Source: Octopus vulgaris (taxonomy: Eukaryota). Taken from it: a stretch of 64,000 nt of DNA. Each line of letters begins with the position of its first letter. The first letter of the stretch is position 1. The translations under genes were made by a program, and so were the position numbers. This document shows positions 27,960 to 41,544 of this stretch, piece by piece. The DNA is taken from assembly GCA_951406725.2 (NCBI GenBank), contig OX597838.1:16492001-16556000 (forward strand), written 5' to 3'. The notes under the pieces were generated by a model. That model was given only the letters and a program-made list of their open reading frames with translations. It was not told the DNA's origin and ran no database searches.

Positions 27960-29520
27960 ACACATACAACAGGTCTCTACCTATCAAATTCCACTTACAA
28001 AGTATTAGTTAATCCAAGGATAGGGTACAAGACATCTTGCCCAAGGTGCTGTAAGGTGGAATCAGACCCCAAAAACAAACTTTTTAATCACACGGCCATG
28101 CCTGTGCAGAATAGAAACCACCATTTTAAAAGAGGGATTTGTTGTTTAATTATTTGCCAACTCATAAAAAATTATAAAACCATGAAAGTAAATTTGTGCA
28201 TTATAAATGATCTAGCAGAAACCAATTCTGCATTGCATATATGGAACAAACACTTCTCATATCTATATAGTTCAGCTTATGAATGACTGGGTTTTTTTAA
28301 AATTTGTATTTTATTTATTTATTTATATATTTGTTTATTTATTGCATTATGCTTGCTGGATAAGATAACAACAATGTTCACATTTATCACTAAAACCATT
28401 TACAGATTTGAGTTTTAACATCATGTAGGAAAGTACAGCACTTATTTTCTTTACTATCAATCATGGAAAAAAAAAAATGTTTTCTCGTTGAGAGACATTC
28501 AGTAAAATTGTTTATTATGCTTAGTCCATTTCTGTATAATGCATTGTGATTCATGACCACACTGATAAGATTTCACTTGGATAAGTTCAAGTAGAGAGCA
28601 TGAGTCACTAGCATATACAATACATTACCTTGCAAGCTAGTTTAATGCTTGACTGTATTCTGTTTTTCTTTTGTTTTTTTCCTCCCCATCTTCTACTTTT
28701 TCAGTCATTGAACTGCAGCTATGCAGGGACACCACCTTCAAGGATTTAGTCAAACAAATTAACTTCAGTATTTATTTTTTAAAGTCTGGTATTGATCTTG
28801 TTTTCAAAACTGCTAAACTAGAGAGATGTAAACAAGTTAACACTGGCTGTTACACAGTGGTGGACACACGGACACACAGACACACACACATGATGGGCTT
28901 CCACAGAGTTTCTGTCTACGAAATTCACTCACAAAGTATTGTCTGGTTTGTGGTTATAGTAGAAGACACTTGCCTCGGGTGCTGTACAGTGGGACTGAAC
29001 CCAAAACCATCTGGTTGCCAAACGAGCTTCTTAACCACACAGCCAAGTGTTTAGATTTTTATGTCCGATGTTTTAACAAGATAATTTCTTGTTGTTTACA
29101 TAAAATTTTCCATAGGTTCAGATATCAACTTATATACACCATCATATAAAGTGTTCATTTCAGAATTGTTAGAGCATCAGACACTTGTCCAAAGTACCAT
29201 ATGGTGGGACTGAATGGAACCATTTGGTTGAGAAGCAAAATCCTTAGCCACACACACACATATTTTATCTGGTTCTCCATTAACTACAATGACAAGAGTT
29301 CCAGATGATCCACTCAACAGAACAGCCTGCTCATGAAATTAACATGTGAGTGGCACTCCACAGACACAAGTACCTTTAACGTAGTTCTCATGGGGATTCA
29401 GCGTGATACAGAATTTTTGCCAATGAAGTGGACTGGACCAACGTGAAATAAAGTGTATTACTCAAGGACACAATGCATAATCTTATTATTGAACCCATAA
29501 TCTTATTATCATGAACTGAA

Positions 29521-29980
29521 TACATGCTTGTACAACTCTCACCAACCACTCATCTATTCCTAGTTTCCACATTGACCACCAGATAAGGTATTGGAGGACC
29601 TTTCAAAGGCTTTCTCCATGTCAACGAAAGCCAACATGGAGGTTTATCTTTGTCTAGGAATTGTTCCTGCATCTTTACCCAAAGCCAGGAACTTTTCAGC
29701 AACCCCTCATATGTCTACTTAGAGTACTCTCCTCCTTCTCTCTCTCTCTGTCCCATATATCTTTCTCATTCAGTAATATGTTTGCATTTCTATACCTCTC
29801 TCTTTTCAGCATCAGTGAGGGCATACACCAATCATTACAGGTGCACTTCTCCCCAACAACATCCTGATTCATATGGTCAGAACTTTACAATTCAAACCAC
29901 CTCATAACTCTGCCTCTCATATTGCAGAATATTGGCAAAACTTCTCAGTCTCTGCTTCTCCCTTTGCTAAGATCTCATCT
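29521..29980 (-). mobile_element. RTE LINE internal remnant (reverse transcriptase)
   Basis: Frameshifted LAFVDMEKAFER..LIWWSMWKLGIDEWLVRVVQ, and upstream LAKGEAE..KFANIL / NQDVVGEKC motifs. Confidence 0.8.
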
Positions 29981-30791
29981 GATGATTGCAACAGTATGAA
30001 ACTCAAAATACTTACACAGTAGTCAATTCACACATCATCTATCTCATTATCATATTTAAATTTAATATCCACGATCCATACTGGCATGGGTTGGATGGTT
30101 TAACGAAATTTGATGGGCCCAAGGACTGCATGATGCTTCTTTGTCTGCTTTGGCATGGATCCTGCACCTGGATGCCCATCCTAATGATGACCACTTTAAA
30201 GCATGTATTGGGTGCTTTTCTCATACTACCAGCACTAGTGAGACCACCATGAAAAAATAGCACCCAGAACAACATAATTAATACCCAAGAAAACCTGTCT
30301 GTCACAGCAGAATTGATAACCGGGACTGGTGCCACCTGAAAAGGACTCGTGCTGGTGCCACGTTGAAAACACTCAGTACACTCTATGGAGTGGTTGGCAT
30401 TAGGAAAGGCATCCAGCCATAGAAGCCATGCCAGAACAGACAATGGAGCCTGGTCCAGCCCCTGGCCTTACCAGCTCCAGTCAAACCATCCAACCTATGC
30501 CAGCATGAAAAACAGATTTCAAATGATGACGATGATGATCTAATTGACATAGTAAATAAACTTTATATTTTTCATAAATATTATATTTTCATAAATATTA
30601 TATTTTTCATAAATATTGCAAGCAATAAACCAATCTGTCTGTCTGTTTGTCTATGTATGTATGCATCTATCTAATTATAAACTATGTTCCAAAAGTAAAA
30701 ATGATGTTATTTTTAGCAGGTTGCTACAAATTTTCAGTGTTATGCTATATTTTAGTTGCTGAGATATGATAATCTTAGTAGCGATACTTAC

Positions 30792-30906
30792 CAAGGATAA
30801 CCTTCCACTCTTGCCCACACAAGAGAACCTTCTGTGTAACGGGTAAAAATAAATTCTTCATCACAATAGTCTATCTCTGGTATGGAACAGTCATTTTGAG
30901 TAGCAT
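30792..30906 (-). CDS. ZCWPW1: ZCWPW1-like exon: end of CW finger and start of PWWP (DATQNDCSIPEIDYCDEEFIFTRYTEGSLVWARVEGYP)
   Basis: Supplies the 4th CW cysteine and the GSLVWA..GYPW PWWP motif. Acceptor TTCCTTGTTCTTACCCCAG, donor TTG|GTAAGT. 115 nt, phase 1-2. Confidence 0.93.
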
Positions 30907-31543
30907 CTGGGGTAAGAACAAGGAATAATTAAAACATACTTGAAAATTACTCTGTGGTGAGGAAAAGACAATAACAGCTCTATATTAAATTTTTTGAGGT
31001 ACAGGAGATAACTTTGGACATGCTTCTATCTTATTAGAACTCATCTACAAAGAGAATTCATTACACTTGCTGAAGTACTGATGTACAGATGTATGTTTGT
31101 ATCTTTCTATTAATAGAATTTATATTGACTAGTGTTAGCTGTATATAAATGCAAAAGCTATCTTTGGTCTATTGCAGGTATGGTACTCATTTTTCATATT
31201 CAGGTAAAACAGGCACATAATTTTCGGTGACCTAGTGTGTGATATGACTGCAGTAAACATGAAGTAATATCTTATCCACACACCACTCTCCTCTCTCTCT
31301 ACCATGTAATATATGACAGTTTGATGTGTCAATGCTTCAAACAGATAAAATCTATTTGAAGTTTTATTATGCAGACAGCTACAAATGACCGAGTCAGTAC
31401 AGTTCATAGATTATCACAAGTGTAGCCAAGTGCCCGTTTCTAGGACACTTAACTATCAAATGACCCAGTCAACAAAGATATAAAAGGGACATTGTGAATA
31501 GGCCCAGTCCATAACAGTAAGTAAGAGCACTATATTATTAATT

Positions 31544-31775
31544 AAGGTGGCGAGCTGGCAGAACCGTTAGCACGCCGGGCGAAATGCGTAGCCATATTTC
31601 ATCTGCCGTTACGTTCTGAGTTCAAATTCCGCCAAGGTCCACTATGCCTTTCATCCTTTCGGGGTCGATAAATTAAGTACCAGTTACGCACTGGGGTCGA
31701 TGTAATCGACTTAATTCGTTTGTCTGCCCTTGTTTGTCCCCTCTATGTTTAGCCCCTTGTGGGTAATAAAGAAAC
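31544..31775 (+). mobile_element. SINE family B (an older inverted B copy follows at ~31790-31998)
   Basis: Family B consensus match. Confidence 0.88.
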
Positions 31776-32922
31776 ATATATTATTAATTTCAAATTTTGG
31801 CACAATGCCAGCAATTTTTGGGAGGGGATAAGTTAATTACATTTGCCCCCAGTGCTCAACTGGTACTTAGTTTATCGACCTCAAAAGGATGAAAGGCAAA
31901 GGCAACCACAGTGGAATTTGAACTCAGAAGGTAAGGAGAGATAAAATGCTGCTAAACAGTTTACCTGGTGTACTAACAATTCTGCCAGCTCATCACCTTA
32001 CTATATTATTGACAAGTGTTTCATATGCTTGTAGTACTGAGTTCAAATTCTCTACTAGATATTTCATGCAGATACCCTACACAAAGATGCAGGCTCTTAC
32101 TGGTGAGAAAACTCACTTCTTACAAGACAGAGTATCATATTCACAGGGACACATATAAATGTAGTTTCTTAAAAACATATACCATGTTTTTTCCAAAACA
32201 AAAAAGTCTCAAAAAAATCACACCAGATCCCATATGCAAAGCTGGGTTTCCCCCAAGCTAATTTCGTCCCTGTCACTCACTACTATAGGCTAATATTAAA
32301 CAAGACAGATTTTTCTACTTTGCTTGACTTTTTGCTTTATGTTCAGCTGTACTGCTAACTTACCTTTTTTTTTATAATGTCTTCTGCTAAAGATATAGTA
32401 TTTTTGTAATGTTTTGTAAAGTAATGCTACATTGCTTTAATGTGCCAAAACCAATTTTTTTCCCCCTGAATATGTGCTGCAGAAATTAGGGTGCATCTAA
32501 TATGCCCATGCATCTTTTATGCCATCAAATATGGTAACACCATTTGTGACTAAAATACATTATCAAATCTTTTATCTTTTGCTTGTTTCATTCATTGGAT
32601 TGTGTCCATGCTGGGGCACCACCCTTGAAGGATTTTTAGTTGAACATATCAACCTCAGTACTTTAAGCCAAGTACTTATTCTATTGGTCTCTTTTGCTGA
32701 ACCACTAAGTGATAGGGGCACAAACAAACCAACATCAGTTGTCAGGCACTGTTGGGGAACAAACACACGAACAAATACACAATTGCATAGGCTTCTTTCA
32801 GTTTCCATCTACCAAATCCGTTCGCAAGGCATTGGTTGGCCTGAGGCTATAATAGAAGACACTTGCTAAAGTGCCAGAGCCATGTGGAAAACTTTGTACC
32901 ACATAACCATGCCTTTCTACTA

Positions 32923-33488
32923 TTGGGTTGTCCGGAAAGTTTGTGCCAATTTATTGTAGCTTACCTTTCGACTTATTTTAGAAGATGGTTGTGTCCATAA
33001 AATAGGATTTAACTACACCTCCATTTAGAGCACAGTTTAAGCTATCTTTTTGTGGAAGAAGGTTTATATTCCTATAACCTGTGTTAATTCTGTAACCCTT
33101 TAAAATGGAAGATAAGAAAGTTCATTTTTGGCATGTGATGCTTTGGGAACCAGAAAAAAATTGCTGCAGCTCGGCTGGGATGTGTTACTCCACCCTCCAG
33201 ATTCACCAGATATTGCTCCTTCGGATTTTCACTTATTCAGATCTCTGCAGAATAGTCTTAATGGTAAAAATTTCAATTCCTTGGATGATGTAAAAAGATA
33301 CCTTGATGAATTCTTTGCCATGAAACTACCTCAATTCTGAGAAGAGGGTATTTTTCAAGTTAAAGGAAAGATGGAGACGCATTGTGCAACAAAATGGTTC
33401 ATATTTGGTGATTAAAAATGTAATGGCAAGTATCTATTGACCTTTTTCTTTCCTTTAAAAGTCGGCACAAACTTTCCAGACAACCCAA
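32923..33488 (+). mobile_element. Internally deleted mariner transposon
   Basis: TA TSDs. TIRs TTGGGTTGTCCGGAAAGTTTGTGCC / GGCACAAACTTTCCAGACAACCCAA. N-terminus MEDKKVHFWHVMLWE fused out of frame to the C-terminus LGWDVLLHPPDSPDIAPSDFHLFRSL. Confidence 0.95.
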
Positions 33489-34145
33489 TACTTTTCCACA
33501 AAAAATATTCATTAAAGGCGTACATACAATAGAAATGTGTTGCTTTTGCTGTTATAAGTAAAATAAAATGATTGCAGACACAAAAGTCCACATATGCTAC
33601 ATATTATTAGCTGTTAGCATTGTTATTAATGAGTAACCTTGAACGCATCAGCAAAAATAGACTAATGGTACTAACGGCACAGAAATAGCCAATCAAAGAA
33701 TTGTTCAGTTGTCATTCTCGCCAAAGCCATCATATCTTTGTAGTAAGTCTGGTAAGTATGCTGCTATGATGTAAAGTTTAAAAATGGGATTCTCATTTTA
33801 AAATAAGCAAAGGAGTTTGTGGAAGAACATGTAAGATTAAGCTACTTCACTCAACCGCATGAATAACTACAGCATCAAGTGCTCGATAAAAATATCTTTC
33901 GGAAATAGGTGTTACTTTAAATATCCTGACTGCTCTCAGAAAATGGGCAGTTTGCATATGTGGCAATGTAGTTATAATCTCAGACAAAATAATATACAGG
34001 ACTCACTCAAACATACATTATAACTGTGAATTTAGCTGAAAATACATTCATTATACTAAGTATATTCATAGTACTAAACACATGAGTGCGTGTTACTGAT
34101 ATAAGATTTCTTGTGCTATGTTATCATAATACTTTTTTTTTTGTT

Positions 34146-34540
34146 TTTACTTATTTCAGTCATTTGACAGTGGCCATGCTGGAGCACCGCCTTTAGTCGA
34201 GCAAATCGACCCCAGGACTTATTCTTTGTAAGCCTAGTACTTATTCTATTGGTCTCTTTTGCCGAACCACTAAGTTACAGGGATGTAAATACACCAGCAT
34301 CAGTTGTCAAATGATGTTGTGGGGAACAAACACAGATATACAAACACACACATACATATATATACATACAAATATATGACGAGCTTCTTTCAGTTTCCGT
34401 CAACCAAATACACTCACAAGGCTTTGGTCGGCTTGAGGCTATAGTAGAAGACACTTGCCCAAGGTGCCATGCAGTGGGACTGAACCCAGAACCATGTGGT
34501 TGGTAAGCAAGCTACTTACCACACAGTCATTCCTGTGTCT
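34146..34540 (-). mobile_element. SINE family A
   Basis: Full-length reverse copy. Confidence 0.88.
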
Positions 34541-35334
34541 AACAATTATTTTTTCAAAAGCACTTTACTACCTTTCTATATCCTCTAGAACTTATAAAAA
34601 ATTTTATGGCTATTAGAAATGTCAAATCAACACTAAAGATTAAGAATTTAATTGAATGTGTACTAAATTCCTCCATTTCAAATGTCTTATATAAAAATAA
34701 CTCTGCCATGAAGAAAATAGTCTGAGTGGTTAAGGTGAAGAACTTGTAACAAAAGTCACGAGTTTAAACACCACCATATATTGTATGTTATGACTCTAGG
34801 TAAAAGCACACAGTGAAACTTATTAGGAAATATTTCTTATTTTCACTTGAGAATTCACAGCTGACTAGTTGACATTATGTAAAAATTCTGAAATTAAAAT
34901 AATTACCATAAAATCACACAAATGTTGTGTGATCTGAATTAAGGCCAAAACTCTTAAATCCTTATGCAGTTTATACAAATATATCTGTAGAAAGGCATAA
35001 CTACAATTACTTGCAAGCGAGTATGAGCTAGTAACATGTGCCTTGCTCTTGCTAATTGTTTTAGGTGTACCTATGTCATCACAAGTGAACACAGAAATTC
35101 ACTTGGCTCTTCCATCCCTTGATACAGTGGAACACTGAAAATGTGAAAGATGAAAAGAGGAAGGACACACTAGAGTGTTACTCCTTTTCAGCTTGTTATG
35201 AAAGAAAGAATAAAGTCGTAGCTACTGTAACAGTAAGTTGCACAATATTATTATAGTTTGGCAGGCAATCATCTGCAGCAAACGGAAGAACTAATCTGAT
35301 AAATATAATTTAAAATGATAAAATGGTAAAAACT

Positions 35335-35885
35335 CCCTTTGGTCATGAATGGCCATGAGTCTGCACCTAGAAAATTCCCCTCCAAACTTAAAGTCCAGGC
35401 AAGGTTGTTTATGGAAGACCAGTAGTTGTCCATGCATACCAGGATTCCTACTCCACACCACCGATGTTATCCAAGGGAAAGGCAAAGGCCAATACAGCTT
35501 GGCACCAGTGATGTTGCAACTCATTTCTACAGCTGAATGGACTGGAGTAATATGAAATGAAGTGTCTTGCTTAACCCTTTAGTGTTCAGATTATTCAATC
35601 AAACATAATGCCTATTGATTCCCATTAATTTGAATTAATAATGCATTATTTCATATCTTCAAGATCTTGATGGTGTAATTACTTAATGTAGAATAACATT
35701 GTAGGGTAGGTGTGAGGGCCTGGATCTGGTCAGTTTGAACATAAAACAGATTAACTATTTTGGCCGGATATGGCCGGCTTAAATACTAAAGGGTTAAAGA
35801 ACACAACACAGCCCGGTCTGGGAATCAGACTCACTACCTCATGATTGTGAGCCCAATGCTTTAACCACTGAACCATGCAACTTCA
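35335..35885 (-). mobile_element. SINE group C (H1 + T2) interrupted by a TTAA MITE at 35575-35793
   Basis: Reverse match to 54988-55339. MITE reads TTAA|CCCTTTAG...CTAAAGGG|TTAA. Confidence 0.85.
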
Positions 35886-36095
35886 CAATTAGTAGTATCA
35901 ATTTAAAATGATACTACTTGGAATACTTTTCTCTAGTTCTACAAGAGAAAATGAATAATGGATCCATGATTAATTCTAATGAGAAATAATATTTAATGAT
36001 CACGTGTTTGATTTAAAGCCTGCTGCATGTTTTTGGCATGCTTTTAAGATGGACTACACAAGCTGGTGAGTGAATGCATGGTGGTCAGTTGACCA

Positions 36096-36190
36096 GGTGT
36101 GAAGCTGGGTGACAGAGTACTACAGTCGGTGTGAAGTCAGGTGACGAAGAACTACAGTCAGTGTGAGCCCAGGTGACGAAGAATTACATT
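36096..36190. repeat. ~32-bp minisatellite, 3 copies
   Basis: GGTGTGAAGTCAGGTGACGAAGAACTACAGTC-like units. Confidence 0.8.
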
Positions 36191-36539
36191 ACAGAAGACA
36201 TCAAGCCATGTATGACTACTTCTTCCTCTCTGGGTAAGTTGGCTTGCTTGGGCCGGTCCTGCAGTTTCCCAACTACTGACTTAGTTGTTGGAGCTGTGTT
36301 GGTGTTGAGAGGCCGCGTTTTGTAATATGAAATGTAACTTTGCTCAAGAAAATAATACACTGCTCAGTCCAGAAATCAAACCCATAACCATGTGATTGTG
36401 AACCTAACACTCTAAACATTAAGCCACACAACTTCTACAAATATCCAGTTCCTCTTCTATGCTCTATGTAGAAAGCATCTTAACACTTTAATGTTTTCTT
36501 AGTTTTTAAAAATGAATTGTTTAGTGATGAAGCCAGGAT

Positions 36540-36865
36540 AAGTACATCTAGACTACTAGATGTCTTGCAAACAACTTGCATATGCAAGTGCTACCAGTCA
36601 AAAACTCCGTATACCGGAAGCCAGCAAGTGTATGGGGTCATCAGGAGAGAATGCGCGCTGTTTCAGGGCCTACCTCTCGATGGCATCAATGCGCACCAGC
36701 CCCCCCTCACTGATATGAGGCCCCGCTTGCTAGATCAGCTAGATTGGATATCAGTCATGGTGGTATTGACTTTACGATGAGTTAGGCCTAGCGATAACAA
36801 CAGTCGTCTCACACTGTGTCCAACGAACCCTCTACATCCAACTTTGATTGCTAAACTAAGGTCTC
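36540..36865 (-). mobile_element. HERO/R2-superfamily non-LTR retrotransposon 3' remnant
   Basis: Minus translation AIKVGCRGFVGHSVRRLLLSLGL resembles the EVGCRGF restriction-like endonuclease motif; GC-rich 3' UTR follows. Confidence 0.7.
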
Positions 36866-37579
36866 CAGTTTGTAAAGCCTTAGTCAGAATAAAATGTGCA
36901 AATTAGGAAAATATATATATATAGAATTATCACCAACAGCATTAACAAAGCTGGGCATATGTCTTGGAGTGATAGACACAGAAAAGACAGGAACACTTCT
37001 TTGGCTGTTAACAAGAAGAAACTTAACTAACATTAATGTCTTTATATTCTTTTCAGCTGACTTGCTGCAGGAAAACTAACATCAATGTAGAAAGTATAAG
37101 AAGGGAAAAGAAATTAATAGAAATGTTAGAATCAAGTGAATTAACATGCAAAGTGAAAGAATTTGTTGTTGTTTAGCCCCAGACTGCCCCTATGTTCAGA
37201 GGCATTACACCTGTAACAGCCATCACAGTTTTTTTTTAAGGGTATCTAGGACTAAATTGACAGGGTCAAAATGTTAAATATACAAAAACATACATTTGTA
37301 GATACAAAGAAAGCAAGAGTCTTTAGATGTTTTCCACATAGAGCATAGGTGAGAGACTGAATGTTTCTAGCTATTTCAATATATTTGTACAAAGGCCTAG
37401 TGGTTAGGGTGTGGAGGCTTGCAATCACAAGGTCATAGGTTCAGTTCTTGGACTGGATAGTGCATTGCTTCCTTAAACAAGGTTTCATTTCACATTTCTC
37501 CATCTAAAAATGAGTATCTGCTCAGTGCCAGAGCAGTCATTTCTCCTTCTAGCTGTCACACTATCAATTTTTAGTAAAA

Positions 37580-37973
37580 TTAAAAGCAACTTCATCGAAG
37601 CTGTTTGGCGACATCAAGCATTCAGCATGTACTGTTTCCAAGATCTGTCTGGAGAGGATGATACCCAGAAAGAGAAATCTATATCTCCATGGTAGATGGA
37701 GAGAATAAATCCTAGACTGATCTCAGTGTCAATCATAGGGAGAGAACTCAATATTATGAAAGAAGAAAGGATAGAGTTAAAAGCAACTTCCTCGAAACTG
37801 TTTGATAACATTGAGCATTCAGCATGTACTGTTTCTAAGATCTGTCTGGAGAGGATGATACCTGGAAAGAGAAATCTATGACATTTCCATAGTAGATGGA
37901 GAGAATAGATCCTAGACTGGTCTCCATGTCAATCATAGGTAGAACTCAATGCTAGGAAATGAGAAGGGATAGA
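37580..37973. repeat. Tandem duplication, ~197-bp unit x2
   Basis: TTAAAAGCAACTTC at 37580 and 37777 with colinear similarity. Confidence 0.9.
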
Positions 37974-38694
37974 AGGAGAGAATATGTTCATGATGTAGTG
38001 TATTTTGCTGCAAGCAAGTAACTTTCATTTAAAAAAAAAGAAAAGATATTATCTGATGTGTCTTTTCTGCTCTTAATACAGAAGTACAAAAGGATTTGAA
38101 GAGTATTTAGCTGCTATTTCTAGCTCAAGTTGGCTCATATTGTTGGTTAGTTATCAAATCAACTGTGATCAAGAGTGCTCTAACCGTGAACAGCTCTCAT
38201 CTTATCATCTAAGACTACCTTTTACAATGTGTTCATGACTTTTTTTTATGATGATTAGAAGTGACTTCCACAAGATTTGGTTGTTATTTCTGACAGGTCA
38301 AGCAACCATGAAGAGGTGGCCTCATTGGCACGAGTGTTTAAACAGTTTAACAGTATCAACATTGTATTCTAATAATCAATAGAAAAACACTAGCAGACCA
38401 CAAGGAGGATGCTAAAAGTAGAGAGGAAATTAACAGTGTGCATTCACTCGAATGGCAACTAAGGAGGTTCTGTTCTCAGCTTCAGTTTCATTTTTGTTTC
38501 AAAGTCAGTCCAAGAACAGATGCCGACTTGTCCCTTTTGTATGTTGATGACCTCGTTCTCAAAGCAGAAATTGTTAAGATCATTTGATCTTACAAAGTTC
38601 AATATAAAGGATATATAGTAGGATGAGAAATATAGTTTTTTGTTGTTTTTTTTTTTTAATATCTCTTTTCCTCCTTTACTTGTTTCAGTCATTT

Positions 38695-38859
38695 GACTGC
38701 GGCCATGCTGGAGCACCGCCTTTAGTCGAGCAAATCAACTCCAGGACTTATTCTTTTGCAAGCCTAGTACTTATTCTATCGGTCTCTTTTGCCAAACCGC
38801 TAAGTTACGGGGACGTAAACACACCAGCATTGGTTGTCAAGCAATGTTGGGGGACACAA

Positions 38860-38914
<55 letters not shown>

Positions 38915-39078
38915 CATATATACGACAGGCTTCTCTCAGTTTCCGTCTACCAAATCCACTCACAAGGCTTTGGTCGGCACGAGGCTATAGTAGAAAACAC
39001 TTGCCCAAGGTGCCACGCAGTGGGACTGAACCCGGAACCATGTGGTTGGTAAGCAAGCTACTTACCACACAGCCACTC
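38695..39078 (-). mobile_element. SINE family A
   Basis: Near full-length reverse copy. Confidence 0.9.
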
Positions 39079-39241
39079 ATATATTTTAGGTATCTTCTTC
39101 GAATTATTGCTCTTGTTTTGTTTTTTTTTAACTCCATGAAAATACAGAATTATGGACATTTAAATACTTACATGTGAATAGTTGGAGCAAATGTACTGGG
39201 ATTCGCTGCTTTCCCAAAGCTAAACAAATTATTAGTTAATA

Positions 39242-39601
39242 CTAGCAGTATCGCCCGGCATTGCTTGGGTTTGTAAGGGAAATAACTATAAAGCATTTTT
39301 AGAGAGTTATAGCCAAAAAATGGGAAAAAAATGATGGTAAATTTTTTTTTTAGTTAAAAAGGTCGAGTTGCGTCCCCTAGACAGTCTGTGGTTTGTGTTT
39401 CTGATTCTCGACCCCATGTCGAATTTATCGATTTTTTTCAGAACTGGGGGAACTTTTTAAAATTTTCGCTGCGTTAGTTTTGAACTATGACATTGGGCTA
39501 TGTGTGTGTCGAGTTTCATCAGAATCGGTTGAAAGCCGTGGTCAGGGTGAGGGTACAACCTAACAGACACACAGACAAACTGCCGTTTATATAGAGAGAG
39601 A
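39242..39601 (-). mobile_element. Non-autonomous Helitron (variant 5' half)
   Basis: Minus strand A|TC...hairpin...CTAG|T; 3' part shared with 3110 and 63279. Confidence 0.8.
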
Positions 39602-39723
39602 TAATTCTGTGGCTTGAGAAACTGAATAAAAGAACAAAGAAGAACTCACTTTGTACATCTAAATTACCTTTGAGAAAAATGCAAAGCAGAAATATTTAGA
39701 TGCTTTTCTAACAGACAATTATA

Positions 39724-40996
39724 TGAGTGGATTTGGTAGACAGAAACTGAAAGAATCCTGTCGTATATATGTATATATATATGTATATATATATGTGTGT
39801 GTATGTTTGTGTGTCTGTGTTTGTTCCCCTAGCATTGCTTGACAACCGATGCTGGTGTGTTTATGTCGCCGTCATTTAACGGCTCAGCAAAAGGAGAACG
39901 ATAGAATAAGTACTGGGCTTACAAAGAATAAGTCCTGGGGTCGATTTGTTCGACTAAAGGCAGTGCTCCAGCATGGCCGCAGTCAAATGACTGAAACAAG
40001 TAAAAGAGTAAGAGAGATACTTATATCATCACGTCTATCACCATTTAAAGTCCATCTTCCATTTGGGTATGGGTTGAATGGTTTGACAAGAAGAAAAAAC
40101 CTGATAACTGGGACAAGCCCTTATATCTGTTTTGGCATGGTTTCTGTCTTGATGCTCATCCTATTGCAAACCCCTTTTCAGAGTGTATTGGGTTCAATTT
40201 TATGTGGCACTGCCACCAGTGAGGTCCTCAAGTAATTTGCAAGACAAGACCCCTCAACTGAGGTGGTGGATAGTATTGAGGAAGATGGCTTTTTGCCAGA
40301 TGATGAGAGGTTAAAGTGTGATAAAGCAACAAGGACAGGTTTTTGCTGTAGGGTTGCCCCAAAGGTTTATTTATCTGAAAAATTCAAATAAATAGAGGAA
40401 GCCTAGGCATGGTTGTATGGAAAGCAGTTTACTTCCCTACCACATGGTCCTAGGTTCAGTCTCACTACATGGTACTTTGAGCAAGTGTCTTTGACTATAG
40501 CCTCAGGCCAACCAAAGCCTTGTGAGTGGATTTGGTAAACGGAAACTAAAGGAAGTCCATTGAATATATATATATATTGAATATATATATAGGTGTAGGA
40601 GTGGCTGTGTGGCAAGTAGCTGCTTACCGACCACATGGTTTAGGGTTCAGTCCCTCTATGTGGCACCTTGGGCAAGTGTTTTCTACTATAGCCTCTGGCC
40701 GACCAAAGCCTTGTGAGTGGATTTGGTAGACAGAAACTGAAAGAAGCCCGTCGTATATATCATCATATATATATATGTGTGTGTGAGTTTGTGTGTCTGT
40801 GTTTGTCCCTCCAATTGCTTGACAACCGATGGTGGTGTGTTTACGTCCCCGTAACTTAGCGGTTCGGCAAAAGAGACCGATAGAATAAGTACTAAGCTTA
40901 CAAAGAATAAGTCCTGGGGTTGATTTACTCGACTAAATGTGGTGCTCCAGCATGGCCGCAGTCAAATGGCTGAAACAAGTGAAAGAGTAAAGAGTA
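39724..40996 (+). mobile_element. Cluster of family A SINEs (39724-40015, 40404-40590, 40590-40996)
   Basis: Family A motifs, all on the + strand. Confidence 0.8.
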
Positions 40997-41436
40997 ATTG
41001 GCAGTTCAAGTTGGTAAGCAGTTCACTATGAGCCTTTCATATAGAGCATTGAGTCTCTTGTAATAGTAATAGTAGTGCATTGTGTATATACTTTCTTCCC
41101 CCCTGCTTTGTTGTATCATATATCCAATACAAGGATATAAAAGTTACTGTCTCCTTGCTTTGACTTCTTGCAAAAGAATGTTACCGACATGCAAGCAGTG
41201 TCCTTCATTTCCAATCTTCTGCGAAAACATGTCTGGTCATGGAGAAATATTACCTTGCTTGGAAACAGATGAGGGTTGGTGACAGGAAGGACATCCAGCA
41301 ATAAAAAATGCACCTCAATAAATTCTGTCTGACCCATGCAAGCATGGAAAAGTGAACATTAAACGACAATGATGATGATGTTGACAGTGATGATGATGAT
41401 GATATGATGACAATGATGATGATAGAAAAAAATTAC

Positions 41437-41544
41437 CTGGGTTCATATCACAAATCCAGTTATGTGGAATCAACAATGGATCATGTACATCTTGTAACCA
41501 TCTCCACTTATGGCAGTGCAACTGAGTACACTCCACCCAGGTGC
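41437..41544 (-). CDS. ZCWPW1: ZCWPW1-like exon: CW-type zinc finger (TWVECTQLHCHKWRWLQDVHDPLLIPHNWICDMNP)
   Basis: WVxC-x4-C-x-KWR...W-x-C zf-CW signature. Acceptor TTCTCCTAATTATTATAG, donor CCAG|GTAATT. 108 nt, phase 1-1. Confidence 0.93.

Noticed and set aside
27510-28286. 258-aa ORF
   Set aside because: Runs through an RTE 3' UTR, (GAT)n, (TG)n and a decayed SINE; a chance read-through.
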